Shown here one piece after another: positions 50,922-60,297 of a stretch of DNA of 64,000 nucleotides. Under the pieces are notes generated by a model. That model did not search any database. It saw nothing but the letters and a program-made list of their open reading frames with translations, and was not told where the DNA came from. The stretch comes from Candidatus Marinacidobacterales bacterium (GTDB taxonomy: Bacteria > Acidobacteriota > Vicinamibacteria > Marinacidobacterales > SMYC01). Numbering within the stretch: position 1 is the stretch's first letter; each line of letters starts with the position of its first letter. Location of the stretch: positions 512,001 through 576,000 of the forward strand of contig CBDCYI010000011.1 of NCBI GenBank assembly GCA_965224085.1, given 5' to 3'. The translations under genes were made by a program, and so were the position numbers.

Positions 50922-52379
50922 TCATGGTTTCTGTTGCTCGTTCGACGGCGGGCTGGGGGTGCCGCGTGGGACGCTCAGGACCTTCTTGAGCGGCAGGACC
51001 TCGCGATCCACCACCTGGCCATCCTTCATGATGAGCGAGATCTTGCGGATGTTGCTGACATCCTTAAGCGGATCAGCCTCCAGGATGACCAGATCCGCCA
51101 GCTTCCCTTTCTCGAGTGTTCCAAGATCGTCCAACAGGTGGTAGGCGGCGGCGATGTTGCGGGTGGCTGCCAGGATCGCGTCCATGGGCGCCATCCCCTT
51201 TTCCGCCATCGCCTCGAACCACAGGAAATGTCCCTCCCCGAGCTCCGTCGGCCGCTCGACGAGGAGCTTGGGGTCCGTCCCTTCCATCCGGTCGGGATCC
51301 CTCATGCCCGCATCCGTTGCGAGCAACAGGGGTGCGCCCGCCTCAATCAGCCGCACCTCGTTCTCGTGCCAGACCTGCAATCGTTCTTTACGGCGACTGC
51401 TGGGACGCGGATCCTCCTCGGCCCGCTCCAGCTCGATCTCGAGCCGCTTTGCCGTGCGTGGCTGCACCGCACAGTAGACATTCCTGTCGATCATCATCTG
51501 GATGGTGGAGTCCGGAATCGGCGTCGGCCCGGTCACCGAGCCGTGCTGGAGCATGTCGATGCCCGCTTCGATCGCCAGGCGGAGACTCTCCACCGACGTC
51601 GTGTGGGTCTGGGCAATGATGCCTGCCCGATGGCACTCCTCGATCATCGCCCTCTGGGCCTCGGGCGAGAACATGAGGAAGTTCTCCTCGCGATGGCCAC
51701 TGGCGCCGTACTTGAGGAAATCGATGCCGCGGGCGATGTACGTGCGGATCTCGGCTCGCACCTGCTCCGGCGTCATCCACAGCAGGTCCGGGCCGGTGTT
51801 CTCCTCCCAGGTCCAGTTGATCCGCTTCACCAGCGCCTTCGTCGCCGTGGTCTCCGCCGCGGCATTGAAGTCACGGCCCAGCGGGCCGCTGAAACCCACG
51901 ATGTTGCCGGCCACGAACATCCGGGCGCCCACGGTCTCCCCGCGGTTGATCCGATCCCGCACGTTCATCAATGGCTGCAAAGGACCCCACGAGTCGAACA
52001 CCGTGGTCAGCCCGTTTTTGAGGCTCACCTGAGCTGCCTCCTCGATCGGGTCCTCGTATCGCCCCTCGTAGCGCACCACGAACTCGATGGAGGAGTTCAG
52101 CACCAGATGGACGTTGGCGTCCATCAACCCCGGGATGACGTAGCGGCCTGTGGCGTCGATCTGGCGTGCCCCATCGGGCACCTGTATCTCGTCCCTACGA
52201 CCCACCGCGGCGATCCTTCTGCCTTCGATGACGATCACGGCGTCGTCGACCGGTGGCCCTCCGGTGCCGTCGATGAGCGTAGCTCCCACGATCGCGGTGG
52301 TGTCTTGAGTGGAAGCGCTGGGAACAAAAACAAGCGGCAAAGCAAAAAAGAACACTGGGACAAAATGTCTTGCGTTCAT
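50922..52379 (-). CDS. Exported amidohydrolase, NxH variant (member 6)
   Basis: PGLMDANVH, FLKYG, QTH, QHG, ATDA; signal peptide. Confidence 0.92.
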   Translation of the reverse strand: MNARHFVPVFFFALPLVFVPSASTQDTTAIVGATLIDGTGGPPVDDAVIVIEGRRIAAVGRRDEIQVPDGARQIDATGRYVIPGLMDANVHLVLNSSIEFVVRYEGRYEDPIEEAAQVSLKNGLTTVFDSWGPLQPLMNVRDRINRGETVGARMFVAGNIVGFSGPLGRDFNAAAETTATKALVKRINWTWEENTGPDLLWMTPEQVRAEIRTYIARGIDFLKYGASGHREENFLMFSPEAQRAMIEECHRAGIIAQTHTTSVESLRLAIEAGIDMLQHGSVTGPTPIPDSTIQMMIDRNVYCAVQPRTAKRLEIELERAEEDPRPSSRRKERLQVWHENEVRLIEAGAPLLLATDAGMRDPDRMEGTDPKLLVERPTELGEGHFLWFEAMAEKGMAPMDAILAATRNIAAAYHLLDDLGTLEKGKLADLVILEADPLKDVSNIRKISLIMKDGQVVDREVLPLKKVLSVPRGTPSPPSNEQQKP

Positions 52380-52478
52380 CGTTCCTCCAAGAGCCTGTGA
52401 CGTGAGGGAGTGAGCCATTTCTCTTCCTCGGTGACTTGCCTTCTGCCGTTGCCGAGGGCGATAGTACTGTCCCGAAGC

Positions 52479-54836
52479 TCATTGCGGCGGAGTAAAAGCG
52501 TCTTCCGGCTTCTTGATCTCGTAGTCGGCTGGCGGCTCCACGTGGAGGAGGTGCTCGACGAAGTAATCCCACAGCAGCCGAATGAAGTACGGATCCTGGG
52601 TGAAGCTGTGCGCCCGGTCCGGCATGATCATGAAGTCGAACTTCTTGTTCGCTTTGATCAGCGCGTCGATTACCTGCAGCGTCATGGCGGGATGCACGTT
52701 ATCGTCCATGTCTCCATGCACGAGCAACAACTTCCCCTTCAGGTTGTCTGCGAGAAGATAGTTGACCTGATTCTCGTAGTTGTCCTTGCCCGTCGCTTCG
52801 TCCTTCTCGAGCAGCCCCTGATACTTCTCGGCCCAGGTGTTTCGGTAGCTGCGATTGTCGTGATTGCCCGCCGAGGAAACCGCTACTTTGAAGAAATTCG
52901 GGTACCGGAGGATCGCGTCGGTAGAGGCGAACCCGCCTCCCGAGTGCCCGTAAATCCCGACCCTGTCCAGGTCGATGAAGGAATGTCTCGCCCCCAGTTG
53001 CTTGAGCGCTGCGATATGGTCGGGTATCCCGTTGTCGCCCATGTTCCCGTACCAGGTGTCGTGGAACGCCTTGGAGCGGAAATTCGTGCCCATCGCTTCG
53101 ATGTGCACCACGATGAATCCGAGCTCTGCGAGGGCATGCACCTGGCGGGCCCTGGCCTCGCCGTTGCTCGGGGAGAAGTTTCTCTGCCTGACAATGGTCT
53201 GAGGGCCAGGATAAATATTATCGATGATCGGGTACTTCTTGGCGGGATCGAAGTCTGACGGCTTGTACATGACTCCGTAGAGGTCGGTGGTGCCATCGCG
53301 GGCCTTCACCGTGAACGGCTCCGGCATGCGCCAACTGGTGGCCAACAGCCCGGAAATATCCGCCTCCTCGAGTTTCCGGATCACCTTGCCGTCAACCGGA
53401 GACCGCAGCACGGTCACGGGTGGCTTGTCCACGCTGGAATAGGTGTCCACGACGTAATTGCCGCTCGGAGAGAACGCGACGTTGTGGTTCGCCTCTTCCT
53501 GCGTCAATAGTTGCAGACGCGATCCCTCGAGGTCCGTGCTGTACAGGTGAGCCCAGTACGGATCCCTACCGGGTTCTCTGCCCCGTGCCGTGAAGTAGAT
53601 CTGGCCAGCGGCCTCATCAACGTGGAGGAGATTCCCTACCGTCGAGGCGCCGGACGTGATCTGATTCTTGAGATTGTCCTTCGCGTCGTAGCGATAGAGA
53701 TGGGCCCACCCGTCTCGCTCGGAGAACCAGATGACGTCGTCTCCGTTGTTGGCCACCGTCCAGTTGGGTGGTCCCCTCGAAAGCATCAACTCCACGTACG
53801 TCGCGCTCGATTCTTCCACCAGGCGCCGCACCGTGCCGGTCGAGGCGTCTGCCTCCATGAGCCGGACGCGCTTGGGCCCACGGTTGATGTGGGTGAAGTA
53901 GAGCTTGTCCGACGACTTACTCCATTTCACTGTCACCCACTGGTCCTCTCGTACGCCCGAAAGACTCGAGACCGATGGCTGCGGGTCGGACTGCACCTTG
54001 ATGTTTGCCTTCGAGCCAACGTCGATGATGTGTATGTCGAACCGCGGAACGTTGGCGTCGCCCGGCAGTGCGTAAGGATAGGAATAGTGCATGGGGCGCT
54101 GATGTGTCGACGAGTACAGGTGCATGTGCTCTACGTTCCGCTCGTCCATGCGTTGCACCACAATCTTTCTCGAGTCCGGAGACCATTCGAGGACCGGCCG
54201 CACCTTTGTCTTTTTGATGATCTGGCTCGGGGTGGGGTCCGTGACGCCATACGCCCAGTAACGAACGCCGTCAGTGGTGAGCTGGATTGCTTCGCCACCG
54301 CTGGCCGGCCGGACATGGAGGTTGTACTCGTCGATGAACGCCTCCCGGTCACCGTCTGGGGACAAGACGTGCGTCGGTGGGCGAAGCTCTCCTTTCCTGA
54401 TGGAGCAGTGGTACGCGGTGATGTCGCAGCGGAAGAGCTTCTCGTCGCCGGCTTCGAACTCGATCCCCTGCTCGCCATCCACGAACTCGAAGGTCCTGAA
54501 CGGCAACTTGCCGGGTTCGTAGTGCTTTTCGTTGTTAGCCAGCGACATAGCGGCGGCCAGTTTCACGTTATCGAACAACGGGCGCTCGGTGTCACGCACT
54601 GGATCCACCAGGATGAATTGGGGGCCGTTGCTCGTCGGGACCCGGTACCAAAAACGGTTACCATCCTTCATCCATTCGGGATCGGCAACGTCCCCCGTGA
54701 TGAGCGGCGCGAGGTTCCAGCTCAGCATCTGCTCCGCGCGCCGATAGTCGACCTGTGCCGAGAGTGGCGGCACAGACATCACCAACGCGAGGGATACGGT
54801 CAAGAGCCCGGGTAGAGCCGTCGAAAGGTGTGACAT
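52479..54836 (-). CDS. S9 family dipeptidyl-peptidase IV-like peptidase
   Basis: YPGPQ, GHSGGG, GDMDDNVH, RAHS; signal peptide. Confidence 0.93.
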   Translation of the reverse strand: MSHLSTALPGLLTVSLALVMSVPPLSAQVDYRRAEQMLSWNLAPLITGDVADPEWMKDGNRFWYRVPTSNGPQFILVDPVRDTERPLFDNVKLAAAMSLANNEKHYEPGKLPFRTFEFVDGEQGIEFEAGDEKLFRCDITAYHCSIRKGELRPPTHVLSPDGDREAFIDEYNLHVRPASGGEAIQLTTDGVRYWAYGVTDPTPSQIIKKTKVRPVLEWSPDSRKIVVQRMDERNVEHMHLYSSTHQRPMHYSYPYALPGDANVPRFDIHIIDVGSKANIKVQSDPQPSVSSLSGVREDQWVTVKWSKSSDKLYFTHINRGPKRVRLMEADASTGTVRRLVEESSATYVELMLSRGPPNWTVANNGDDVIWFSERDGWAHLYRYDAKDNLKNQITSGASTVGNLLHVDEAAGQIYFTARGREPGRDPYWAHLYSTDLEGSRLQLLTQEEANHNVAFSPSGNYVVDTYSSVDKPPVTVLRSPVDGKVIRKLEEADISGLLATSWRMPEPFTVKARDGTTDLYGVMYKPSDFDPAKKYPIIDNIYPGPQTIVRQRNFSPSNGEARARQVHALAELGFIVVHIEAMGTNFRSKAFHDTWYGNMGDNGIPDHIAALKQLGARHSFIDLDRVGIYGHSGGGFASTDAILRYPNFFKVAVSSAGNHDNRSYRNTWAEKYQGLLEKDEATGKDNYENQVNYLLADNLKGKLLLVHGDMDDNVHPAMTLQVIDALIKANKKFDFMIMPDRAHSFTQDPYFIRLLWDYFVEHLLHVEPPADYEIKKPEDAFTPPQ

Positions 54837-54933
54837 CTCAGCACTCTCTCATGCTTCGAAAAGCAACCTCCGCTATACTCCCCCCAACAAGCGTTGTCAA
54901 CAGAGGCTGCCGCTTAGTGTCTCTTCCGGGGAT

Positions 54934-55457
54934 GGTCGAAACCCCTCGCCTTTAGGCGAAGAGAAGATCGTGGTATTGTGGTCGCGTGCGTCACTACAGG
55001 CACGGAGCGCACACGAAAACGGACCTAAAAGCGCACATCGTTTGGATACCGAAATATCGTAAAAAGGTTTTGATCGGTCCAGTAGCGGTTCGTGTGCGCG
55101 ATCTGATTCGTCAGATCGCGATGGAACATGAGCTGCACATAATCTCGGGTAAGGTTGCACGCGACCACGTCCACGTGTTCGTATCCTACCGACCACACCA
55201 GGACCTGAGTACGATCGTGCAGTGGCTAAAAGGAATAAGCTCCCGAGTACTCCTTCAGGAGTTTGCTCACCTGAGGAAGAAGTTTTGGGGCCGGCACTTC
55301 TGGGCCCGAGGATATCTGGCGGTGAGTTCAGGAAGCATAACGGACGAGATGGTAAAGGAGTACATAGACTCCCAGGATGGCGAGCCTCTTCACGACGACA
55401 GTCAATTTCCAATTGACAGCCCTTGAAGCCACCGCCTTCTAGGCGGTGGTTGTTCAC
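54934..55457 (+). mobile_element. IS200-type element (tnpA only)
   Basis: Left hairpin CTCGCC-TTTA-GGCGA(A)G; right hairpin GCCACCGCC-TTCTA-GGCGGTGG; ends in TTCAC; left boundary approximate. Confidence 0.82.
54986..55426 (+). CDS. tnpA: IS200/IS605 Y1 (HUH) transposase
   Basis: HIVWIPKYRK, DHVH, LKGISSR, FWARGY, catalytic EYIDSQ. Confidence 0.95.
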   Translation: MRHYRHGAHTKTDLKAHIVWIPKYRKKVLIGPVAVRVRDLIRQIAMEHELHIISGKVARDHVHVFVSYRPHQDLSTIVQWLKGISSRVLLQEFAHLRKKFWGRHFWARGYLAVSSGSITDEMVKEYIDSQDGEPLHDDSQFPIDSP

Positions 55458-55503
55458 TTGAATCGGGGAACTACGGATCGAGGAACTACGTTAGGAGGAT
55501 GCC

Positions 55504-57051
55504 ATGATTCTTAAAGGTCTCCGTACCTATGTTCTCCTTGGCTTTCTCATGGCAGGGCTCTTGCTCGCCGTTGCGTCCGCTGCCGGAGCGGTCCAGGCGC
55601 TCGACGCCGTCACGGCCATCGTGGGAGCCACTATCATCGACGGAAACGGGGGGCCGCCTGTCCCCGACGCGACGATCGTGGTCCAGGGGAAGCGGATCGC
55701 CGAGGTCGGCTTCCAGGCCTCAGTGCGCGTGCCGCCAAATGCCAGGGTCATCGACGGCACCGGGAAGTACGTGACCCCCGGTTTTATCGACACGAACGTC
55801 CACATGTCCCCCATCAGTGGCGAGCTCAACTACGCCCGCTACTGGGACCGTCTGGAGGACCTGGTCCTTTCGGGAGTGCAGCTTCAGCTCAAGTACGGGG
55901 TCACTACGGTTCGCGACAGCTTTGGCCCCCTGCTCCCCCTGATCGAGGTGCGGGATGCGATCGCCAGGGGAGAGGTGGTGGGCCCCCGCATGTACGTGGC
56001 CGGAAATATCGTGGGATGGGGAGGCTCGTACTCCCTGACGATGAGGGGCATCCGCGAATCGGAGATCGACTTCTTTCAGGAGCAGATCAACGACTTCTTC
56101 ACTCTGGGAAGCGGAGAAGAGCTGATCCTCATGACTCCCGACGAGCTCAAGGTCGCCATCAACGCCTACCTCGACAAGGGGCCGGACTTCATCAAATACG
56201 GGGGCTCCACGGAAGTTGGCCCCCCTTACCTGATTCTCTTTTCCCCCCGCGCCCAGCGGGTGATCGTGGAGGAGACGCACAAGCGGGGCCTGGTGGCGGA
56301 GACCCACGCAAAGGGCCTGGAAGCGCTTCGACTCTCCATCCTGGCGGGAATCGACCTCATTCAGCATCCCGAAGCAGTCGGGCTCCGGGAGCTCACTGAT
56401 GAGCTCGAGGAGCTCATCGTGGAGCGAGACATCATCTGCTCGCTACTCCCGAACAAGTACACCGGCCGGATTTGGAGGAGGCATCTCGACGAGCGGGAGA
56501 AGACGCGGAGCGAACGGGAGGAGGCGAACCGGCTGCGTTCGCGCCAGATGCCCAAGACCTCGGCCGAGGTACGACGCGACGTGAGGGAGACGGGGCTCCC
56601 CAACCCAGGCACCGTGCTGAAGGGAAACTTGGAGATGCGGCAACGCAACGGGAGGAAGCTCATCCGTGCCGGGTGCATCATCTCGGTGGGGGCCGACAAC
56701 CTTCTCTTCGGTCGGCCCGGAGTCTCGCCCGAGTTTCTTCGCGAGGACCACCCCGTGCCGGAACACTTGGAGCCGGGGATCGGGACGATCATCGCGATAG
56801 AGGGGCTCGTGGAGCTCGGGATGACGCCCTCCGAGGCCATCGTGGCCGCAACCAAAAACGGCGCCATGGCTTGCAAGGCGTTGGACGAGTTCGGTACCCT
56901 GGAGGTCGGGAAGCTGGCCGATCTCTTGATCCTGGGGGCGGATCCGCTGGCCGATATCTCAAACATCCGCAGGCTCGAAACCGTGATCAAGGAGGGTCAG
57001 ATCATCGACCCCAAGAGCCTCGCTACCAAGCGTGCTTACCCAAAGTGGTGA
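55504..57051 (+). CDS. Exported amidohydrolase, NxH variant (member 7)
   Basis: PGFIDTNVH, FIKYGG, ETH, QHP, GADN; AGGAGG RBS. Confidence 0.92.
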   Translation: MILKGLRTYVLLGFLMAGLLLAVASAAGAVQALDAVTAIVGATIIDGNGGPPVPDATIVVQGKRIAEVGFQASVRVPPNARVIDGTGKYVTPGFIDTNVHMSPISGELNYARYWDRLEDLVLSGVQLQLKYGVTTVRDSFGPLLPLIEVRDAIARGEVVGPRMYVAGNIVGWGGSYSLTMRGIRESEIDFFQEQINDFFTLGSGEELILMTPDELKVAINAYLDKGPDFIKYGGSTEVGPPYLILFSPRAQRVIVEETHKRGLVAETHAKGLEALRLSILAGIDLIQHPEAVGLRELTDELEELIVERDIICSLLPNKYTGRIWRRHLDEREKTRSEREEANRLRSRQMPKTSAEVRRDVRETGLPNPGTVLKGNLEMRQRNGRKLIRAGCIISVGADNLLFGRPGVSPEFLREDHPVPEHLEPGIGTIIAIEGLVELGMTPSEAIVAATKNGAMACKALDEFGTLEVGKLADLLILGADPLADISNIRRLETVIKEGQIIDPKSLATKRAYPKW

Positions 57052-57080
57052 CTGGAATTCCCAATCGTTAGGAGGATGCC

Positions 57081-58601
57081 ATGATTCTCAAGGATCTACG
57101 TACCTTTGTTCTCCCGGGCTTTCTCATGACCGGGCTTTTGCTCGTCGTTCCGTCCGCCGCCGGAGCGGTCCAGGCGCCCGACGCCATCACGGCCATCGTG
57201 GGAGCCACCATCATCGACGGAAACGGGGGCTCTCCCCTCCCAGACGGGACGATCGTCGTCCGGGGCACGCGGATCACAGCTCTCGGGCCGCGGATCTCGG
57301 TCCAGGTTCCCCGCGGGGCCAGGCTCATCGACGGGATCGGGAAGTACGTGACCCCGGGGCTCATCGATACCAACGTGCACATGTCCCCTTTGAGTGGCCA
57401 GACGACGTTTGCCCGGTATTGGGACCGACTCGACGATGTGATCCTTCAGGGGGTACAGCTCCAGCTGAAGCACGGGGTCACCACGGTCCGCGACAGCTAC
57501 GGCACCCTTCTTCCCATGATCAAGGTGCGGGATGCGATTGCGCGCGGCGAGCTGGTCGGCCCCCGCATGTTCGTAGCAGGAAACATCGTCGGCTGGGGTG
57601 GTCCCTATTCCGAGACTTTCTCCCACACCGACGAATCGAATCTCACCCTCTTCGAGGAGCAGATGAACGACTTCTTCACTCAGGGGAGCGGTGAGGAGCT
57701 GGTCCATATGAGCCTGGACGAGCTTCGGGTGGCGATGAACGAGTATCTCGACAAGGGACCCGACTTCATCAAGTACGGCGGCTCCTCGCACCCGAACTAT
57801 CCGTCTCTCATCGAGTTCTCCCTTGATGCCCAGAAGGTGATCGTCGAGGAAACGCAGAAGCGGGGGCTCGTTGCGGAGATCCACACCAAGGGCTTCGAGG
57901 GGCTGAAGCTCTCCATCCTGGCCGGCATCGATCTGATCCAACACCCCGATGCCGTCGGCTACAGGGAGATCCCGGACGAGCTCGTTGAGATGATCGCCGA
58001 GCGAGGCATCATCTGTTCCCTGCTTCCCAACAAGTACACAGGGAAAGTCTGGCAGAAGTACTTGAAGGAGCGGGAAGACGCACGGAAGGAGTGGGAGAAG
58101 ACCCGGAAGCGGAAGGCGCCTCTCACCACTGCAGAAATCCGCAGGATGGTCCAGGAGACCGGATGGGAGCACCCAGGGACGGTTTTCGGGCAGAATCTGG
58201 AGATGAGGCGAGTCAACGGGAAGAAGCTCATCGAGGGAGGGTGCATCATCTCGGTTGGACCCGACAACACCGTCGGAAGAGCGCCCGAATTCCGTCGCAC
58301 GAAGAAGTCGGAGCATCTGGAGCCGGGGATCGGAACCATCATTGCAATCGAGGGCCTCGTGGAGCTCGGCATGGCCCCCTCGGAGGCGCTCGTGGCGGCC
58401 ACGAAGAACGGGGCCCTCGCCTGCAAGGCGCTCGACGAGTACGGAACGCTTACGGTGGGGAAGCTGGCAGACATCCTCGTCCTGGATGGGGACCCCCTGG
58501 CCGACATCTCGAACATCAGGAAGCTGGAGATGGTGATGAAGGAGGGTACGATCATCGACGTGGAGAGCCTCCCGACGAAACGCGTGTACCGCGAGTGGTA
58601 G
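57081..58601 (+). CDS. Exported amidohydrolase, NxH variant (member 8)
   Basis: PGLIDTNVH, FIKYGG, EIH, QHP, GPDN; AGGAGG RBS. Confidence 0.92.
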   Translation: MILKDLRTFVLPGFLMTGLLLVVPSAAGAVQAPDAITAIVGATIIDGNGGSPLPDGTIVVRGTRITALGPRISVQVPRGARLIDGIGKYVTPGLIDTNVHMSPLSGQTTFARYWDRLDDVILQGVQLQLKHGVTTVRDSYGTLLPMIKVRDAIARGELVGPRMFVAGNIVGWGGPYSETFSHTDESNLTLFEEQMNDFFTQGSGEELVHMSLDELRVAMNEYLDKGPDFIKYGGSSHPNYPSLIEFSLDAQKVIVEETQKRGLVAEIHTKGFEGLKLSILAGIDLIQHPDAVGYREIPDELVEMIAERGIICSLLPNKYTGKVWQKYLKEREDARKEWEKTRKRKAPLTTAEIRRMVQETGWEHPGTVFGQNLEMRRVNGKKLIEGGCIISVGPDNTVGRAPEFRRTKKSEHLEPGIGTIIAIEGLVELGMAPSEALVAATKNGALACKALDEYGTLTVGKLADILVLDGDPLADISNIRKLEMVMKEGTIIDVESLPTKRVYREW

Positions 58602-58626
58602 GCCAGTCAGGGTCTCGAGATCGGGG

Positions 58627-60174
58627 TTAACGCCTGTAGAAAATTGGGTTCGTCGGCAGCTTTCGGTGGTCGATGATCTGGCCCTCCTTCATGACGACAC
58701 CGAGCTTGCGGATGTTCGAGATGTCGGCAAGGGGATCGGCATCCAATACCAGGAGGTCGGCAAGCTTGCCCGTTTCCAGCGTCCCGAACTCATCGAGGGC
58801 TTTGCAGGCCAACGCCCCGTTCTTGGTCGCTGCAACGATCGCCTCCGAAGCGGTCATGCCGAGCTCGACCAGACCTTCGATGGCCATGATCGTACCGATG
58901 CCCGACTCCTGCCATATGCGTTTCGGGGCTCGTAGATATTCAGGCCCTGTGCCGGGAGCATTATCCGTACCCAGGGTGACGATACAGCCGCCGTCGATCA
59001 GCTTCTTGGCGTTAACTCGGCGCATCTCGGTGCCGTGCCCGAGCTCACGGAGCTCCCGTCGCCGCTCGGCCGACGTCTTTTTCCGGTTGATTTGCTTTTT
59101 CAGCCCGACCCGGGCAGCCTCTTCTCGCTCCTCGGCTAGTTTCTTTTTGGCCGCCTCCTTGTCCTTGAGGTGCTTCTGCCATGCCACCCCAGTGTAAGTG
59201 TTGATCAGCATCGAGCAAATGGTTCGTCGCTCACGAATCTCGCGGACGAGCTCGTCGGATATCTCCCTTCCCGCCAGAACCGCGGGATGTTGAATGAGAT
59301 CGATTCCCGCTTCTACGGTGAGCCGGAGTCCTTCTGGGTTGGTTGCGTGGGTCTCGGCCACCAGCCCTCGCTTTTGGGTTTCCTCGACGATCACGCGCTG
59401 CGCTTCGGGCGAAAACCCGATGAGGGTCGGAAAGAACCAGTGGCTGGTTCCTCCGTACTTGATGAAGTCCGGACCCTTGTCGAGGTACTTGTTGATGGCG
59501 ACCCGGAGCTCCTCCGGATACATGTCCATGAGGTCCTCGCCGGAGCCTTGCGTGATGAAATCGTTGAACTGCTCTTCCCAGAGCGAGAGCCCCTGCTCCC
59601 GGACCACAGAGAACGTCACCGAGTGGGGGCCACCCCAGCCGACGATGTTCCCGGCAACGAGCAGGCGCGGCCCGATCTCCTTTCCCTTGGCGATGGCTTC
59701 TCTAACCTCGATCATCGGAAGCAGAGCCCCGTAACTGTCACGAAGAGTGGTGACCCCGTACTTCAGATGCATCTGGGCGCCTTCCAGGGTCAGCTCGGCG
59801 TTCCGGTGCTGGTAGTAGACGGCGCTTTCCTTGCCAGGACCTCTACGAGCGAAGGTCACGGAGATATGCACGTTCGTGTCGATGAATCCCGGGGTGACAA
59901 ACTTTCCCGTACCGTCGATGACGCGCGCACCCGACGGAACATCGACTGAGGCCCGTGGGCCCACCGCTTGGATACGCTCCCCGACCACAACCACTGTCGC
60001 GTCCTTGACCGGTGGTCCGCCATTGCCGTCGATCACCGTCGCTCCGACAATGGCCGTGGCACTCCGGGAAGCCTGAGTGGCATGCGCCGGGAGCCCGAGG
60101 GCGGCAAGCAGCATGAACAACAGCATGAGGGACAATCCTATGGAGATGGGGTTCCACGCTCTCTTGGAATGCAT
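58627..60174 (-). CDS. Exported amidohydrolase, NxH variant (member 9)
   Basis: PGFIDTNVH, FIKYGG, ETH, QHP, GTDN; start MHSKRAW after GGAGG. Confidence 0.92.
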   Translation of the reverse strand: MHSKRAWNPISIGLSLMLLFMLLAALGLPAHATQASRSATAIVGATVIDGNGGPPVKDATVVVVGERIQAVGPRASVDVPSGARVIDGTGKFVTPGFIDTNVHISVTFARRGPGKESAVYYQHRNAELTLEGAQMHLKYGVTTLRDSYGALLPMIEVREAIAKGKEIGPRLLVAGNIVGWGGPHSVTFSVVREQGLSLWEEQFNDFITQGSGEDLMDMYPEELRVAINKYLDKGPDFIKYGGTSHWFFPTLIGFSPEAQRVIVEETQKRGLVAETHATNPEGLRLTVEAGIDLIQHPAVLAGREISDELVREIRERRTICSMLINTYTGVAWQKHLKDKEAAKKKLAEEREEAARVGLKKQINRKKTSAERRRELRELGHGTEMRRVNAKKLIDGGCIVTLGTDNAPGTGPEYLRAPKRIWQESGIGTIMAIEGLVELGMTASEAIVAATKNGALACKALDEFGTLETGKLADLLVLDADPLADISNIRKLGVVMKEGQIIDHRKLPTNPIFYRR

Positions 60175-60297
60175 CGTTACCTCCGAGGCCAGAATAGCGG
60201 CGCCTGCCTTTCCGTCTGGCAGAAAGAGGCCGGCGGCGCGCCGTTCCCCGAAACGGGCAGCGTCGGCCGTGAACAACCTTTCGGGCGAGCCTATCGG

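Noticed and set aside
50898-52400. Long antisense ORFs (e.g. 50898-52400, 59968-61437, 6230-7774, 23085-24446)
   Set aside because: They are shadow frames of high-GC genes on the opposite strand and have no recognisable motifs.
54934-55457. TnpB/IscB RNA-guided nuclease associated with IS200/IS605
   Set aside because: The right-end hairpin follows the tnpA stop immediately, leaving no room for tnpB.
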